64,000 bases of DNA from assembly GCF_964355755.1 (NCBI RefSeq), contig NC_092672.1, positions 20,287,237 to 20,351,236 on the forward strand, read 5' to 3'. The notes below the pieces were generated by a model. That model was not told the origin of the DNA, did no database searches, and saw only the letters and a program-made list of their open reading frames with translations. Positions within the stretch are counted from its first letter, which is position 1, and the number at the start of each line of letters is the position of its first letter. Positions 36,834-50,700 of the stretch are shown here, in pieces. Position numbers and translations under genes: made by a program. The stretch is from Antedon mediterranea. Lineage: Eukaryota; Animalia; Echinodermata.

Positions 36834-38419
36834 TAGTTATCCGCTTAGTAGCGGATAACTCCTTGTGATTGTAGTGGATCAATATTTTTTTTTTTTTTTT
36901 CTGTATTCTTCTTTTTTCTTTCCCATTTTTTTGTGAGTCACGTTTCTCTAAAATGTGTAAACATAACATTTTAGAACTTTGACAACATGTGGGCATTTAC
37001 GTGAAGTTGTGCATCTCCTATTTTGAATGACGTCAGAGTTGCGCAACGTGACTTGCGCGCGATTTTATGATTTTTAATGATCGATCATAGCTTAAAAACC
37101 AAGAGTAATTTTTTTTTTACCCTTTATGAAAATTTAAGTCATATGAAGGGCAAACTGTTAGTGCACTAAAAATGGCATGTTTTACAAAAAGTTACGCGTG
37201 CACGTGCATTTAAAATTTCAAAATGCGCAAAATTAATTTCTAATCAATTTTCTACGCGTTTCATGTCATTTTAAGCATGTAAAAAATTCCCACGCGTGCG
37301 CACATTTTTACGTGTGCGGTGTGCACGTAGCATTAAAAACATATTTTTTTCGAGTGATTTATGTTTTTCCAGCCTTTTATAGTAATTTTACCAACTTTTA
37401 AACACCTTCGACTTAAAGTTACGTCATACGAGCACGTCGAATTGGACAATTTGCGCACGTTTTTTATGAAAAGGTACAAAAATTTGTCAAAATTATGCCT
37501 TTTTTTAAACAGTCGTAATTTCTAAACTACACGGTCAACTTTTTGTGAATGACATATTCCGGAAGTTGATGAGTTGTAGATATCGGATCATGTATTAATA
37601 TGGCTAACCGGACATTTTAACGTCATCGTATGGCCACGCGAATATAAAATTGAGGATTTTTGTATCTTTCGTCATAGCTCATCACATTTAATAGAGCGCA
37701 TCTCCACTTATTCATTTTCCATTTTCACCCCGATTTTGATATTGTCTAGGTCAATCAACTATCTTTCGCATGAGTTAAAAATATTTTAATTATTATGACG
37801 TCATCATGCCTAAAAATTTAAATTACATGTGGCATTAATTTCATCTTTACAGAAAATTTTAATCTGTTATAGCTCGTAAGAATAAAATGTGATAATCACG
37901 ATTAAAACGTTTTCTGGAAGCTATTGGATGGTAGATACAAAATTATGTAAAAATTTGGCAAATCGGATGTTGTGACGTCATCATATGGCCAGTTAAATAA
38001 AAAAAGTCGTTTTTTCATATTTTGCGTCATAGTTCATTACATTTAAAAGAGCGCGCATTAATATTTCACGTATTCAAATTTCTTCTACACGTTAATATGT
38101 TGTTGCTGAGATAATTTCCTTCCGAAATTCCTATATCAGTGTTTCGTTTTCATACCGTCACCATGTTAAAAATTGAAATAAATGACGGGACCCGTAATTT
38201 CGCCTATCCTACACTGTATTAATATGTATACAGATTATACTATGTATACTGTAAATAGTATATGACACAAAATATACAGCATTTAGCACTAACAACATAT
38301 TATACTCTTCAGTTCATGTCAATATGCCATAATCTTTTTCTGTGTCCAATGTATGACGTGCACGTGGCGTTTGTCGTGCGGATAACTAACTCGTCAAAGT
38401 GACGAGTTTCATGTCTAGT
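36834..38419 (+). mobile_element. C-type HINE nested in the head of autonomous Helentron 2
   Basis: C head and C tail; inserted in ATATCTTTTT^TTTCATC. Confidence 0.88.
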
Positions 38420-39639
38420 TTTCATCTTCTTTGTTATTCTTTCTTTCCCGGATTTTTGTGACCAGCATATCTCTATTGCTTGTGAACATAACTTTGTATA
38501 ACTTGGTAAAAAGATTGACATTGAAGTGTAGATGTGCAGCCAAGCTTTTGGACGATGTCAGATACGCGTTGCGTAAGTTACGCGCGATTTTATGAATTTC
38601 TATAACTGATCATAACTTTAGAACCAACAAATATTGTTTCATAAAACTTAATAAAATTATAATTCATATCATGGGTCAATTTTCTATGGATTAAAAATGG
38701 CATGTTTTACAAGAAGTTACGCGTGCACGCGCATTTAAAGTTTCAAAATGCGCAAAATTAATTTCTAATCAACTTTCTACGCTGATCATGACATTTTGAG
38801 CATGTCAAAAATTCCCGCGCGTGCGAAAAAATTTACGCGTATGGTGCGCACGGAGTGTGAAAATCATGTTTTTTTCTCTTGAATTGTAATTTTCTAGCCT
38901 TTCCTAGTCATTTTAAAAAAGATTGACTTAATTGCATATTAAAATGACGTCATACGAACACGTTGATTTAGACAATTTGCGTGCGTTTTAGTTGCAAAAG
39001 TGACAAAATATTGTCAAAATTATGCCTATTTTGAATCTATTATAGCGCCTCAGGATCATCCGTGACCCCCAATTTTTTTAATTTGATATGTAAGCAGATA
39101 TGTTGTAGATATGAATTCATGCAGAATCTTTACCCCTCGGATGTTATGACGTCATCGTATGGCCACACGCATGTAAAATATAGGATTTTTGTCTCTTTCG
39201 TTATTGATCATCACATTCAAAAGAGCGCATCTCGCTTATACGTATTCCATTTCCTCAGATATTTTAATACTGTCTAGGTCAATCAACTATCTTTCCCATG
39301 AATTAAAAATATTTTAATTTTTATGACGTCATCGTGTCTAAAAATGTAAATAACGTGGGTCACCTTATTTCATCTTTACAGTAAATTTCAATCTGTTATA
39401 GCTCGTCAGAATAAAAAGTGATAATCATGAATAAAACGTTTTCTGGAAGCTATTAGATTGTAGATACGAATTCATGTAAATATTTTGCCAATCAGATGTT
39501 TTGACGTCATCATATGGCCAGTTGAATTCAAAAAGTCGTATTTTCATATTTTGCGTCATAGTTCATCACATTTAAAAGAGCGCGCATCTATATTTTACGT
39601 ATTGAAATTTCTTCTACACGTTAATATGTTGTTGCTGAA

Positions 39640-40289
39640 ATAATTTCCTTTCGAAATTGCTAACTTCGTGTTTCATTTTTATAACGTTACCATGTTAAAA
39701 ATTAGAATAAATGGCGGGTCCCGTAATTTCAACTATTCCACACTGTATGTATAATATGTATACAGATTCTACTATGTATACGTACTGTATATACTATTAT
39801 GACGGATTTCAGCACTAACAACATGTCATATTCTTCATTTCAGGTCAAAATGCCATAATCTTTTGGTGTGCAATATATTTATATGTCAATTTGATGACGT
39901 CATCGTGTTAAAAATCGAATTAAAACATGGGCCTCTTAATTTGATCTATGTTACGCTGTATAACATAATTTCCTTTCAAAATTGCTAACTTCGTGTTTCA
40001 TTTTTATAACGTTACCATGTTAAAAATTAGAATAAATGGCGGGTCCCGTAATTTCAACTATTCTACACTGTATGTAATATGTATACAGATTCTACTATGT
40101 ATACGTACTGTATACTATATGACAGATTTCAGCACTAACAACATGTCATATTCTTCATTTCAGGCCAAAATGCCATAATCTTTTGGTGTGCAATATATTT
40201 ATATGTCAATTTGATGACGTCATCGTGTTAAAAATTGGATTAAAACATGGGTCTCTTAATTTGATCTATGTTACGCTGTATAACATAAT
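39640..40289. repeat. Tandem duplication of about 325 bp in the left arm of Helentron 2
   Basis: ATAATTTCCTTTC.AAATTGCTAACTTCG at 39640 and 39965. Confidence 0.85.
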
Positions 40290-41741
40290 ATGTTATATAC
40301 AGTGTAGCAGAGATCAAATTACGAGTATTCTGTAAATACTGTAATATGCTGTATGATACAAAATAGGTACAATTCAGCACTGTAAACATATTTAATTCAT
40401 CAAAGTAACATTTATTTCTCTTATATTTTCATAGTAGGCCTAAATAAAAATTAACAGTAAATATGATTAAAATAAGAAGGGCAACATTACAAAAAAGCGA
40501 AGCTTGTATAAGGCAGCCCATAAAAACTGGAAAAGAAAGCAGGACAACACGGGAACCGGAAACAGGACAAAAACAGTAATGAAGACTTTTAGTTTCAGGG
40601 TATAATAGAGTAAATGCTTGTCTCATAATTTCAGCTATACTGCTTTCTTTATATACATTTGTTAATAATAATAATTGATCAAATAAATTTGGAATGTAAA
40701 ATGTGGATTGCCAATGATCTTTAATTGGTCCAGATAATAAAAATTACATAAATTTGTTTAAATTAGAATAAAAACTACTCTGTGTCTTGATCTAACTAAG
40801 GAGTACTGTCAAAAAACAATGAAATAATAGAGAGAATAATGAAGATGTAGTATTATTAAGAGTTGTCAATATTATAGTAGTTTATATATTTATACTATTG
40901 ACATACATTGTGATCAGTACTTGTAGCTTAGTTGGTAAATCATTATACATCAATACACAATTCTAAATCTAAAATGATCAGACAGTTAATCTCTAATCAA
41001 CTATATTACGATTGGCCTATTAATCATAATAATTATCAATAACAGAATGCTTTGCTGCAGCGTTTAGACAAATGTCAAGAAAAAGCGAATGCATTAATAG
41101 GTGCCTTAAATGTCGGATACCATATTCCCTTGAAGAGATAACAACTTCCAAATGGGCACCTAATAAAGAAACAATTGAAATTGGTATAATGAAATTATTA
41201 ATAATCATATAAAAAAACATATTGGTTTCTTCTGTGAATGTCTGCAATTAACTTGTTAAAACAGTAATTTTATATCGGTGACATTCCATATATCTCTAAA
41301 TCATATTCAACATGCAAAACTATGTTCATACTATAATACTATGTAGATATTAGAGATAATAGAATAATAATATTTACTCACCTAATATTATTTCTCTGAT
41401 ACGAAACAATGATATGGGATATTCCCTGTCTCTCATTCACAGAGAGACATAATGCTTTTATTTATATCTTTTATTCCCCTTTTCAAGTTGATTATTATCC
41501 AGTTCTTGTATTCTTGTTTTTTTTAAACATTCTTTTAGTTTCGCTTTCGTGTAGATTTAGTATATATTAATATTTTTTGAATTTTTTCTTAACCACGGCA
41601 CATGTAGTGACAAAACAATATATATTCCATTTTTCTTTTTCGTTTAATATATGTAATATTCTTAAAACAACAATTGCTTAATACTGTGCATGTTCAATTT
41701 CCAAATAATAAACCTAATCAGAGTAATTTAGAATATTGCAA

Positions 41742-44700
41742 TTAAAATTTAATTTGAATAGCTTCATGATAACTATAATAAACTGGAATCACTTCTGCTT
41801 GTACTGAATCTAGACCTTTGCTATATACATGATCAATCAATGTATTATTTTCTGTTGTAGAATTTGTGACATGTTGTTGATACCCATTCTCTAACATTAA
41901 TGTATTCACTTTGGAAGGTTGTTTGAAAAGATTTTCATTGAAATCACCCATTATGATACATTTAGTACATACTTTATGTATCTCCTCCAATAATTTGCTC
42001 AAATGGTGACAGAATTGTTTCATATCATAACTTGGAGGTCGATAAATTACTGACACGACAACTGAAACTGGACTTGTTATTAAAAATGAAATTGCCTCTA
42101 TATCATTGATACATAATATGTTTAATCTACTTGAAAACATGTTCTTCGAATAAACAGCAACGCCACCATGAGCCAATTTTTTTAATTTTGAAGTCAGAGA
42201 ATTTGTATTAGAATACGAGTCATACCTTGATTGATGATACAATTTATACGGCTGTATATCTACGCCAAAAAAATCGTCATCCTTATTCAACCATGTTTCA
42301 GTTAGACATATGATACTAGAATTCATAAACAAATCATTACATTGAAGATCAACAAAGTGTTGTTGAAGTCCTTGAATGTTATGTAACATTATTGAAAAAT
42401 TAGAATCCAAATCATGACTTTGATTATCATATTGTACGTATGAATTCATTTTATTTAAGGATTTCTGTATGTTTGGATCACAATAAATCAGCTTTGGATT
42501 AAAATGTTCAATGGTAAGTCCAGAAATTGATGTAACACGACTAAGACTTACATATGCTTGTCCAGGCGCAAAAGTATTTTTAAGGCAAACTGATACTTTA
42601 TCCATTGTCATCCCTTGCACTTTATGAACTGTGCATGCATATGCTAATTTGAGAGGAAATTGCTTTCGACTGTATTTATTTCCAACAGATTCCTGAAACA
42701 TTTCAATTGCCTGAATACCAATTTCATTATTGTCAAATTTCACTTTAATAGATACTGGTTTAGCGCTTTGACTGGCCTTAATTATTTCTTCAACATGCCC
42801 CATACATCCATTTGTTAAACCTTTTTTAACATCTACATTTTTTATCAACATCACTCTGGCATTAAGTGCAATCCACAAATAATTTAATAAACTACTTTGA
42901 CGTGATTTCCGAGGTTTATCACATTTTTTGTTTTGTCTCTTGCTGTTGACTACAACATCCTCTGCTTCAATGCATACAATATCTGTACATGTCTTATGCA
43001 ACATTTTCTTATTCCATTTATCTACTTGCTTGTTGCACGGGTAAATATGAACAGCATCTTCACATTCTTTACCTGTTTCACGTGATTTTAAAACTAATAA
43101 ATCTTTATCAGACAAACATTCATTTCTTTCTTTTGTACGCAGTTTGTTTAACAATAGAGCAAATTCTTTATCTTCTTTTTGTCTCATGATTTCATCTAAC
43201 TGTACTTGCTTAAAGTTATCTATCCACAATGAGCTTTCCAATGTATCTTTATATAAAGAAGTACCCATCACAGGAGGCAACTGATAAAAATCACCAACTG
43301 CAATTATTGAAATATTACCAAATGGACTATCATTGCGTACTTGCTTGATTTGCCTTAACCTTCCATGGACATACCAAAGTAACCTTTGATTTACCATTGA
43401 TATTTCATCTATAATAACAATCTGCAACTGACTCAACTGATTACGAAGTGCACTTATTTTTTCTTCTCCAAGTGGTTGATATGGAAATGAGATACTAATC
43501 GGGATAGACAAAGCGCTATGTATTGTTTGACCTTTAATATTATATGCTGCAATTCCTGTAGGAGCTAATTTTAATATTGACAAATCATCAGGGTTCTCCA
43601 TAATTTTGCCAAGAATACGTGTTGCTTCATTAAAAATACAATTTACCAAATGACTTTTTCCAGTACCTGCGCCTCCAGTTATGAAAGTGTAAAATGGTTC
43701 AGGTCGTTTACCATTAACTTTGTCTAAGCACCATTGTCTTGTCTTATAAAATATATGTTGTTGTTTTTCATTTAAAGATCGAATCATTTTGTTTAATTCT
43801 GGTCTTGAAATAGAAGATGAATTAGACTCTACCTTAGATGTATGATTTTTTTGAAGTCCAAAATCTGGAATGATAAATTCGTTTTCTTCATCATCAATGT
43901 CTACATTTGGCTTTGGATTGTCTAACCTTTCTTTTTCAGTTTCAGGACATAACAGACTCCATGCATCTTCTTGTGGTCCAAATTTGGCTAAAAACTCTTT
44001 TGCGTCTTCAACATCATCAGCACTTTTTTCATACTGTTTCATGTTTCCTTGAACTATGGACTTCACTCTTTGCAATTTACGACTACCACATAATTTAACA
44101 GATCCGTCCTCATAAAATTGTTCATATGTTTGAAAATTTGGTGGTTTTAACTGTTCATCATTTCGAAACGGTAAAAATAACTGCAATATACTTAGATAAT
44201 ATTTGTCAGGATCTCTATCCATATGAAACCGAGGGTATCGGACTATAGCATTGCTAGTTTTCGTTCTTTTTTGTATGAATCCAAGTTGCTTTTTTAATTT
44301 GAATACATTCTTTTTTTTTCCTTTCATTTCTGATGTACTTAATATTCTATAATTAGAACAAAATGTTGCAAGGCACATTTTATTAAATTCAAAACTATTA
44401 GGTCGAGCTTTATATTTATCAAGCTTATTTGGCAACCAGGCACAATCGTTATCATCTGCTTTGTTTTTAATTACACTTAGTGGTAAACTCATTCTAACAG
44501 GATTAGGTCCTACTGGAATATATTCCACTTTCCTTGAACATTCTTTTAATCTCAAACCACAGACACGATAAACACTTTCTTGGGCAGAAACTTCTCGATT
44601 ATTCATGTAGACATTACCAAGTTTTCGTAAACTTTGTCTAGCATCCTCATTTCCTTCTTTCACTTCTGATGCTGTATGAGATAAAAGTAAGCCCATTTCC

Positions 44701-47700
44701 CGTTCAGATTTTGACAAATATTGCACAACGTAAGTAATACATGCATATACATTTGTTATATACTGAATATCCATATTAGCATTCCATGCTCTTAATAAGG
44801 AAGGATTATACTGATTTACCCATGCGTCTTGAGGGTTTCTCTTCATAACAATCTTTTCTTCAGTAGCTGTACAATTATTTGCCTTCTCAAATGCACTTTG
44901 TGTAATACCTAAACTTTTGAAAAGTTCTTTGGCATTTTCATATGGTTCTTCATTAGTCACAGCCTCTTTTACTGAGGTTAATAATTCTTTTGCTTGTTTA
45001 GTATCATCATTACCTTCACTCACAGTAGGTCTCATAACAAATGTTTTTTGAGAAGGTTGTCTTGGAAAGTTAAATCTACAAACTGTTCTTTTCTTCTTAC
45101 ACGATTTAGAATGTCTTTTACTGTGAATTTGCACACTATTAACAATTTCATTCAATTCAGGATCTACAGTCTGACATGGAACAGAACAGGAAATATATTT
45201 ATCAACAAAATTAATAACTTCCTTATCTTGATCTGAACAAAAAACGGGAGCATTTTCAACCCAAACTAACATATGAACATGTGGACTTCCTCTCATTTGA
45301 AATTCAATTCGGTAAAAATAGTCTACAACTTTACCAATAGGCTGTGCTTCAGACAGAATTACATTTTTTAAAAAAGTATGGAAGCGTTTGTCAAACATTC
45401 TCGCAACAGTCACTGGATTCGACTTCAACAAATTACATTTATCTGCCCATTCTAATTCATCAATATTTCTTTTGTCTCCTGCTTGACTTAACAATGTAGT
45501 CATTATTTCTTTCCAACGGAAGTCAGCACTTGAGAATGAAAGAAAAAATGTTGGTTTGCCAATCTGTCTAACCATTGCCATTACGTCCTTCTGTGTTGCT
45601 TGCCAGTATGGCGGAGTCCCACGTATCTGTTTTAAAAATTTATAACCCTTGTCAGATTTTAAAATTTCCTCAACTTTGTTAACATCTTTTAAATCTGCTA
45701 CAGTTACTTTGCTAAAATCATCCTTTTTACTTGACCCTTTTCGCAATGCAATGGAAATACTCGATAAAATTTGTTGAAGTTCATATAAAGATTGAGCATA
45801 AAATATGAATTCAGTATTTTTGGCAAACCTGTTATCTACATGCATTAATCTGTTGTGGAAATAACGTCCCAATGATATTTTAACATCTCTGATGTCGTGG
45901 AATGTTGGTTGGCCTGTGGGAAATAAAACTGGAAATGATTTTGCTTCATTGCTTTCATTCTTTAACAATGCAACAGGGCTGTTATTTTCACATGGCGCAC
46001 AACAAATTATATCACGAAAGTATTCATCAACCAAATTTTGTCGCCTGTCAACAGGTTGAAGACTTGTGTCAAAGACAGCACCACTTAATCGGTCTTCTAC
46101 TTCTTCTTCATTGTTTTCTAAATATGTTTCATCATTATTATTATTACCACTTCCTATGTTTTCTTTAGATAAATAATTGTGCCATTCTTCATTAATAGCT
46201 ACATCAAAATACCATTTGTTATGATCCTGTAAATATTCAAGAGCTTGTATAACATTAGCTGTGTTAACAAATTTGTATTTATAGTAACTTTTATAAGACA
46301 ACTTTCGCTTCAATTTTACGGATATTAATTGATCATCAGCCTCCGGTCTAGGCAGCATTTTCACAGTTTCAATAGTATTTGATGGTACACATACAACTGG
46401 GCCATGTATTCCATGCTGTCCACCTTTGGGTAAATTCATTAATTTCATAAAAGGAATATTTAATCTTATCAAGTGCTGCTCTAAATTATTTAAACACTCA
46501 AGCTCAGGAGAAATATCATGTAGTTCTAAATTGTTTGAATTGGCTTCTGCAGGGACCTTTCCATTTAACAGTTTCCTGTGGCATGTGAAACAAATCCATA
46601 AACGACATCTTGGTGATTCCATAAATTGACAAGGTTTATTACATTCATTGTTACAAATATGCAAATACTTTTCATTTATACATGTCCTATTTTCGTACTT
46701 ACTTTTAGTGCACTTCATAACTTGATTCTTAAATAACATTTTAAAGCATACACAACAAACATATTCAGGACCACGAGAAATTGTTTCTCTGAAGTTTTTC
46801 AAAACAAACTCAAAATTACTCTTTTCTATGTTTCTCTTTTCTCGATGCTTCTTATTTTTCCTAAAAACATTTTCTCGAAACACTGGATCACGATCATATT
46901 TTTCTGTAAATCTTTGCTTACAACTTTGTCTAAATTCCAAATTGGCACGATATTTTTCTGACAATCTTAACTTACAATTTTGTCTAAATTTTAAATTATT
47001 CCGATACTTATCTGCCAATTTTTGCCTTAAGTTTTCTCTGAATTTTGAATTATTCCGATACTTCATTACGAATTTTGTCTTCAAATTTTCTCTGAATTTC
47101 AAATTATTGCGATACTTTGATACGAATTTTTGTTTTAAATTTTCTTTGAATTTGGAATTATTGCGATACTTTTCTGCACATTTGTATTTATTTTGTGTTT
47201 TAATGTTATGTCGAAATATTATATCATTGTGGTATCTATTCTTTTTTTTTTCTTTTAAATTTCGCCTCATTTTCTCATTAAATCTATAATTTAACATATG
47301 TTTTTCTTTTTTGGTTGTTCGGTAATTCAGATCATTGTTGTACTTTCTGTATTGTCTATATCTATTTTCCTTCCTTTTTTGGAATTTATAATCATCATCA
47401 GCATATCTTATTTTATGTGCCTCTTTTACTTTACGTTTCTTTTCTTCTCTGTATCCAGGATCACTTTGATATTTGTTTCTATTTTCATTGGTTTTTTGTG
47501 AATTATGTTTTTTTTCGCTTTGTCGTTTCATTCTTTGTTGATTCTTTCGATTTTCTTTTTTATTCCTATAAGATTGTTTTCTTTTCTTTCTCAATATTGG
47601 TACTTCGATTTCATCCGTTTTACTTTGTTTGTGTTTTGGTTCTATGTCTTGAAATGTGTCACATGTTGCGTTTCTCATTTGCTTTCGTTTCTTTGTTGTA

Positions 47701-50700
47701 GATTTCTTTGGCAGAAACATCGCCTCTGTGTTTGACAATTTTGTTTGTGATGTCACATCCATATCAACTTGTCCTGTTGTTTCCTGAACATTATCTCGAC
47801 TGGCATCGACAGATTCTACTACATTAAAATGCACATTCATGGTGTACAAAATATATATACCATTGTTAGTTGTAACATTATCTATTCTTCCCGGCTTTTT
47901 AGCAGAAAACAATTGCCACGTCAATAGTTGATCATTGAATGAGTAAATATCTGTATTCAGCAAGTTTGCCATTGCACTTCTTTCAGTATTGGATGCCCAC
48001 GTTCCATTATCCATTATTCTTTTTTTCAACACATATTTCTTAACTGACCTATATTCATGACTAAATGTATTAATAAATAAGTCACCCGTCTTCAATAAAT
48101 GATTAGTAATTGCTTTTCTTAAAAGTAAATGATTATCTTCTGTCCCAGAAATAATGTATGAAATTGCACGATAAAAACAATTACCATCACCTGTGATATT
48201 CGTAATTTGAAGAGGATGTCCAATCTGAATAGCTCTGTTAATACTAAAATTCTTACCAGTATTTTCACAATGAATACCTATTTCATTACAAATGTTTTTC
48301 TTTTGTGCTTCTGAGATCGGGATAAATTTAAAGTTCTTGTCAGGTCTTTCTCCATACTGAACATTAACAATTTCAATATCACTATCACTTTGCCGCCCAT
48401 TACTTGATGAGACATTACGTTTTTGGCCTTTAACTTTAGAATCAATATTCTTGTCAGGTAATCTTGTACTACATTTATACTGGTAAGATGTACTAGGTTC
48501 ATCAAAATCGATATTTCCTAAGTTGTTTTGTTCACAATTATCATCTAACATGACAGCAGAAGCGGAACATAAAAACATAGACTTATTTTGAACATTTACA
48601 CCAGTCAGTTCAAATTCGGTTTCATGTAAATTACAGTTCATTGACCTTGCTAATCTTATACAATAATCGTACACACCTTGACAAGATGTACTGTACAGTA
48701 AAATACTCTTTCCATGCTCACTAACACAACCAATACGATCTCTTGCATGTGGATCAAATATAAGGAAACCATTTACACGTTTGATAATAGAAAATGTGCT
48801 TCTATTGAAATTCATAAAAAATGCATCATGTTGGTGTAATTCTTGTTCAAGAGCTTGGTGTAATGATAAGGCTCCATATTCAGCCATCAATTCGAGATCC
48901 CCATCTATTGTGCCAAACACCGATTCTTTGGGAGATATTACAAAGGTGTTATCCAAATTATCCAATTCTTTCGGTAGTTCTGAAATCATCAAAAGGTCCT
49001 CATCCATAGTGGAATCTTTCTGAATGTAACAGTACAACTCGTTTCCAAGAGTCAATATTGTATCAAGGTCTTTGGTGTAAAATTCATTTCCATTCCTCTT
49101 TGTAGAATAAAGAATAGCTACAAGACTATTTGCAACACACTGTTTACCACCTGCAAAACCAAATCTATAATTCCCTTGATTGAAACTACCCTGTGCTACG
49201 GTTATGTTATTATCATTACTATTATATAGTTGTAATTCATTTATTGATTGTGTATTCTGCCTTATTGGTGTATTCTTTTGTTTTGGTCCCTCATCGATTA
49301 TCAATTCTTCCGAAAAATTATTTTTTGTTAAAATTTCAATATCCACATCGATAGTATGTTGGTCACATTTAGGTTTAGTATGGGACATAATTTTTTCAGT
49401 CACTGCTTTTTTGGATCCGACATCAATTATCGTTACTTCGTTTTCGTCAAATTCACAACTTGCACATGTTTGATTTTTATGATCTGTAACATTACTATCA
49501 ATTCTATTATTTCTGTCATTCATTTTGCTACTATTTTGTGCTTTCACATCGTCAGTCACTGTGTTGTCATTTTCTTCAGTACATTTCATTTTAAAGTCGT
49601 CATCAGTTTCCATTTCTGAATTGTTATTTTTACCCATGTTCTTTAAAATAGTATCTTCGCCAATCTGTTCCATAGTATCGCAATCATTCTTGTGGTGTTT
49701 TAAATTCAGGTCCATATTATCTTGTGATTCTTTGTTATCAATATTCTTACTTTTGACAAAACGACCCTTGCTATTTCGTTTCAAACCACCACCTGATTGT
49801 TGTTGTATTCCGCTTGTTACTTTTGTATTTTTCAAAACATCACACATAGGCTTACTATTCGTTTCTTCATCTTCCTTGTATTCTCTGCAAGTACTTTTAT
49901 TCATGTTCCATTCTATTTTGTTATTATTTCGTCTTTCATAGAAATCTTTTACACCTTTGCCAATATATTTTACACCTGGTTCTATAGTTATACCATTTAT
50001 AACGCGCTTTCCCCTTTTCTTATTTCCTCTATTTTTACATCTTTTTTTTCTGTTGTCGGTTCTTTTCTTTGATCTGACCCTTATCCAATCATTACCAAGT
50101 AATTCTTCACTTCCTGTTTGTTGACATTTTAATTTGGCATTATTACAACGTTTTTCTTTATTTTTCGTTAATTCGGGAAAGTCTGCAGTGACAGAATCAT
50201 CAGGTTCTAGAATCGTATACCTATTGAAATGACAGGGCATACCTATTTCACCCAACATATTATTAGCAAAATTACTATTCCCACACATTGAACAAATCCA
50301 AATTACTCTGGAATCACATAGTTTGTCTTCAAAACTATTTCTTACACACGTCACATGAAAATGTTTACTGCAGCAGTCACATGTTATGTAAATGTCCTCT
50401 GCTTTCACTTCAATACTACACAGATCACATTTATCAAACTCTGAAGTAAGCGCTGTACCATAAGATAATATGTTCAGGATATCATCAACTACTTCTTTAA
50501 ATTCAGTTGTATCTTTGATACATTCACAATAGGCATTACCTGTATCATCACTTTCATTTTTTATAGTGTTTACATCTTTGACACTCTTAGTTGAACAGCA
50601 TTCATCAAGTAGGTCCAAGATGTCATCCATGACTGTTTTAAATTCTGTTGCTTTATCCATAATTCCACTATCAACATTACCAGCTGTATTGACAATGTTG

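Noticed and set aside
41742-42395. Inserted LINE retrotransposon (AP endonuclease)
   Set aside because: No reverse transcriptase; the nuclease is fused in frame to the helicase in both copies, as in Helentrons.
48590-49205. Endogenous herpes-like virus
   Set aside because: Only a single protease-like domain; no capsid, polymerase or terminase genes.
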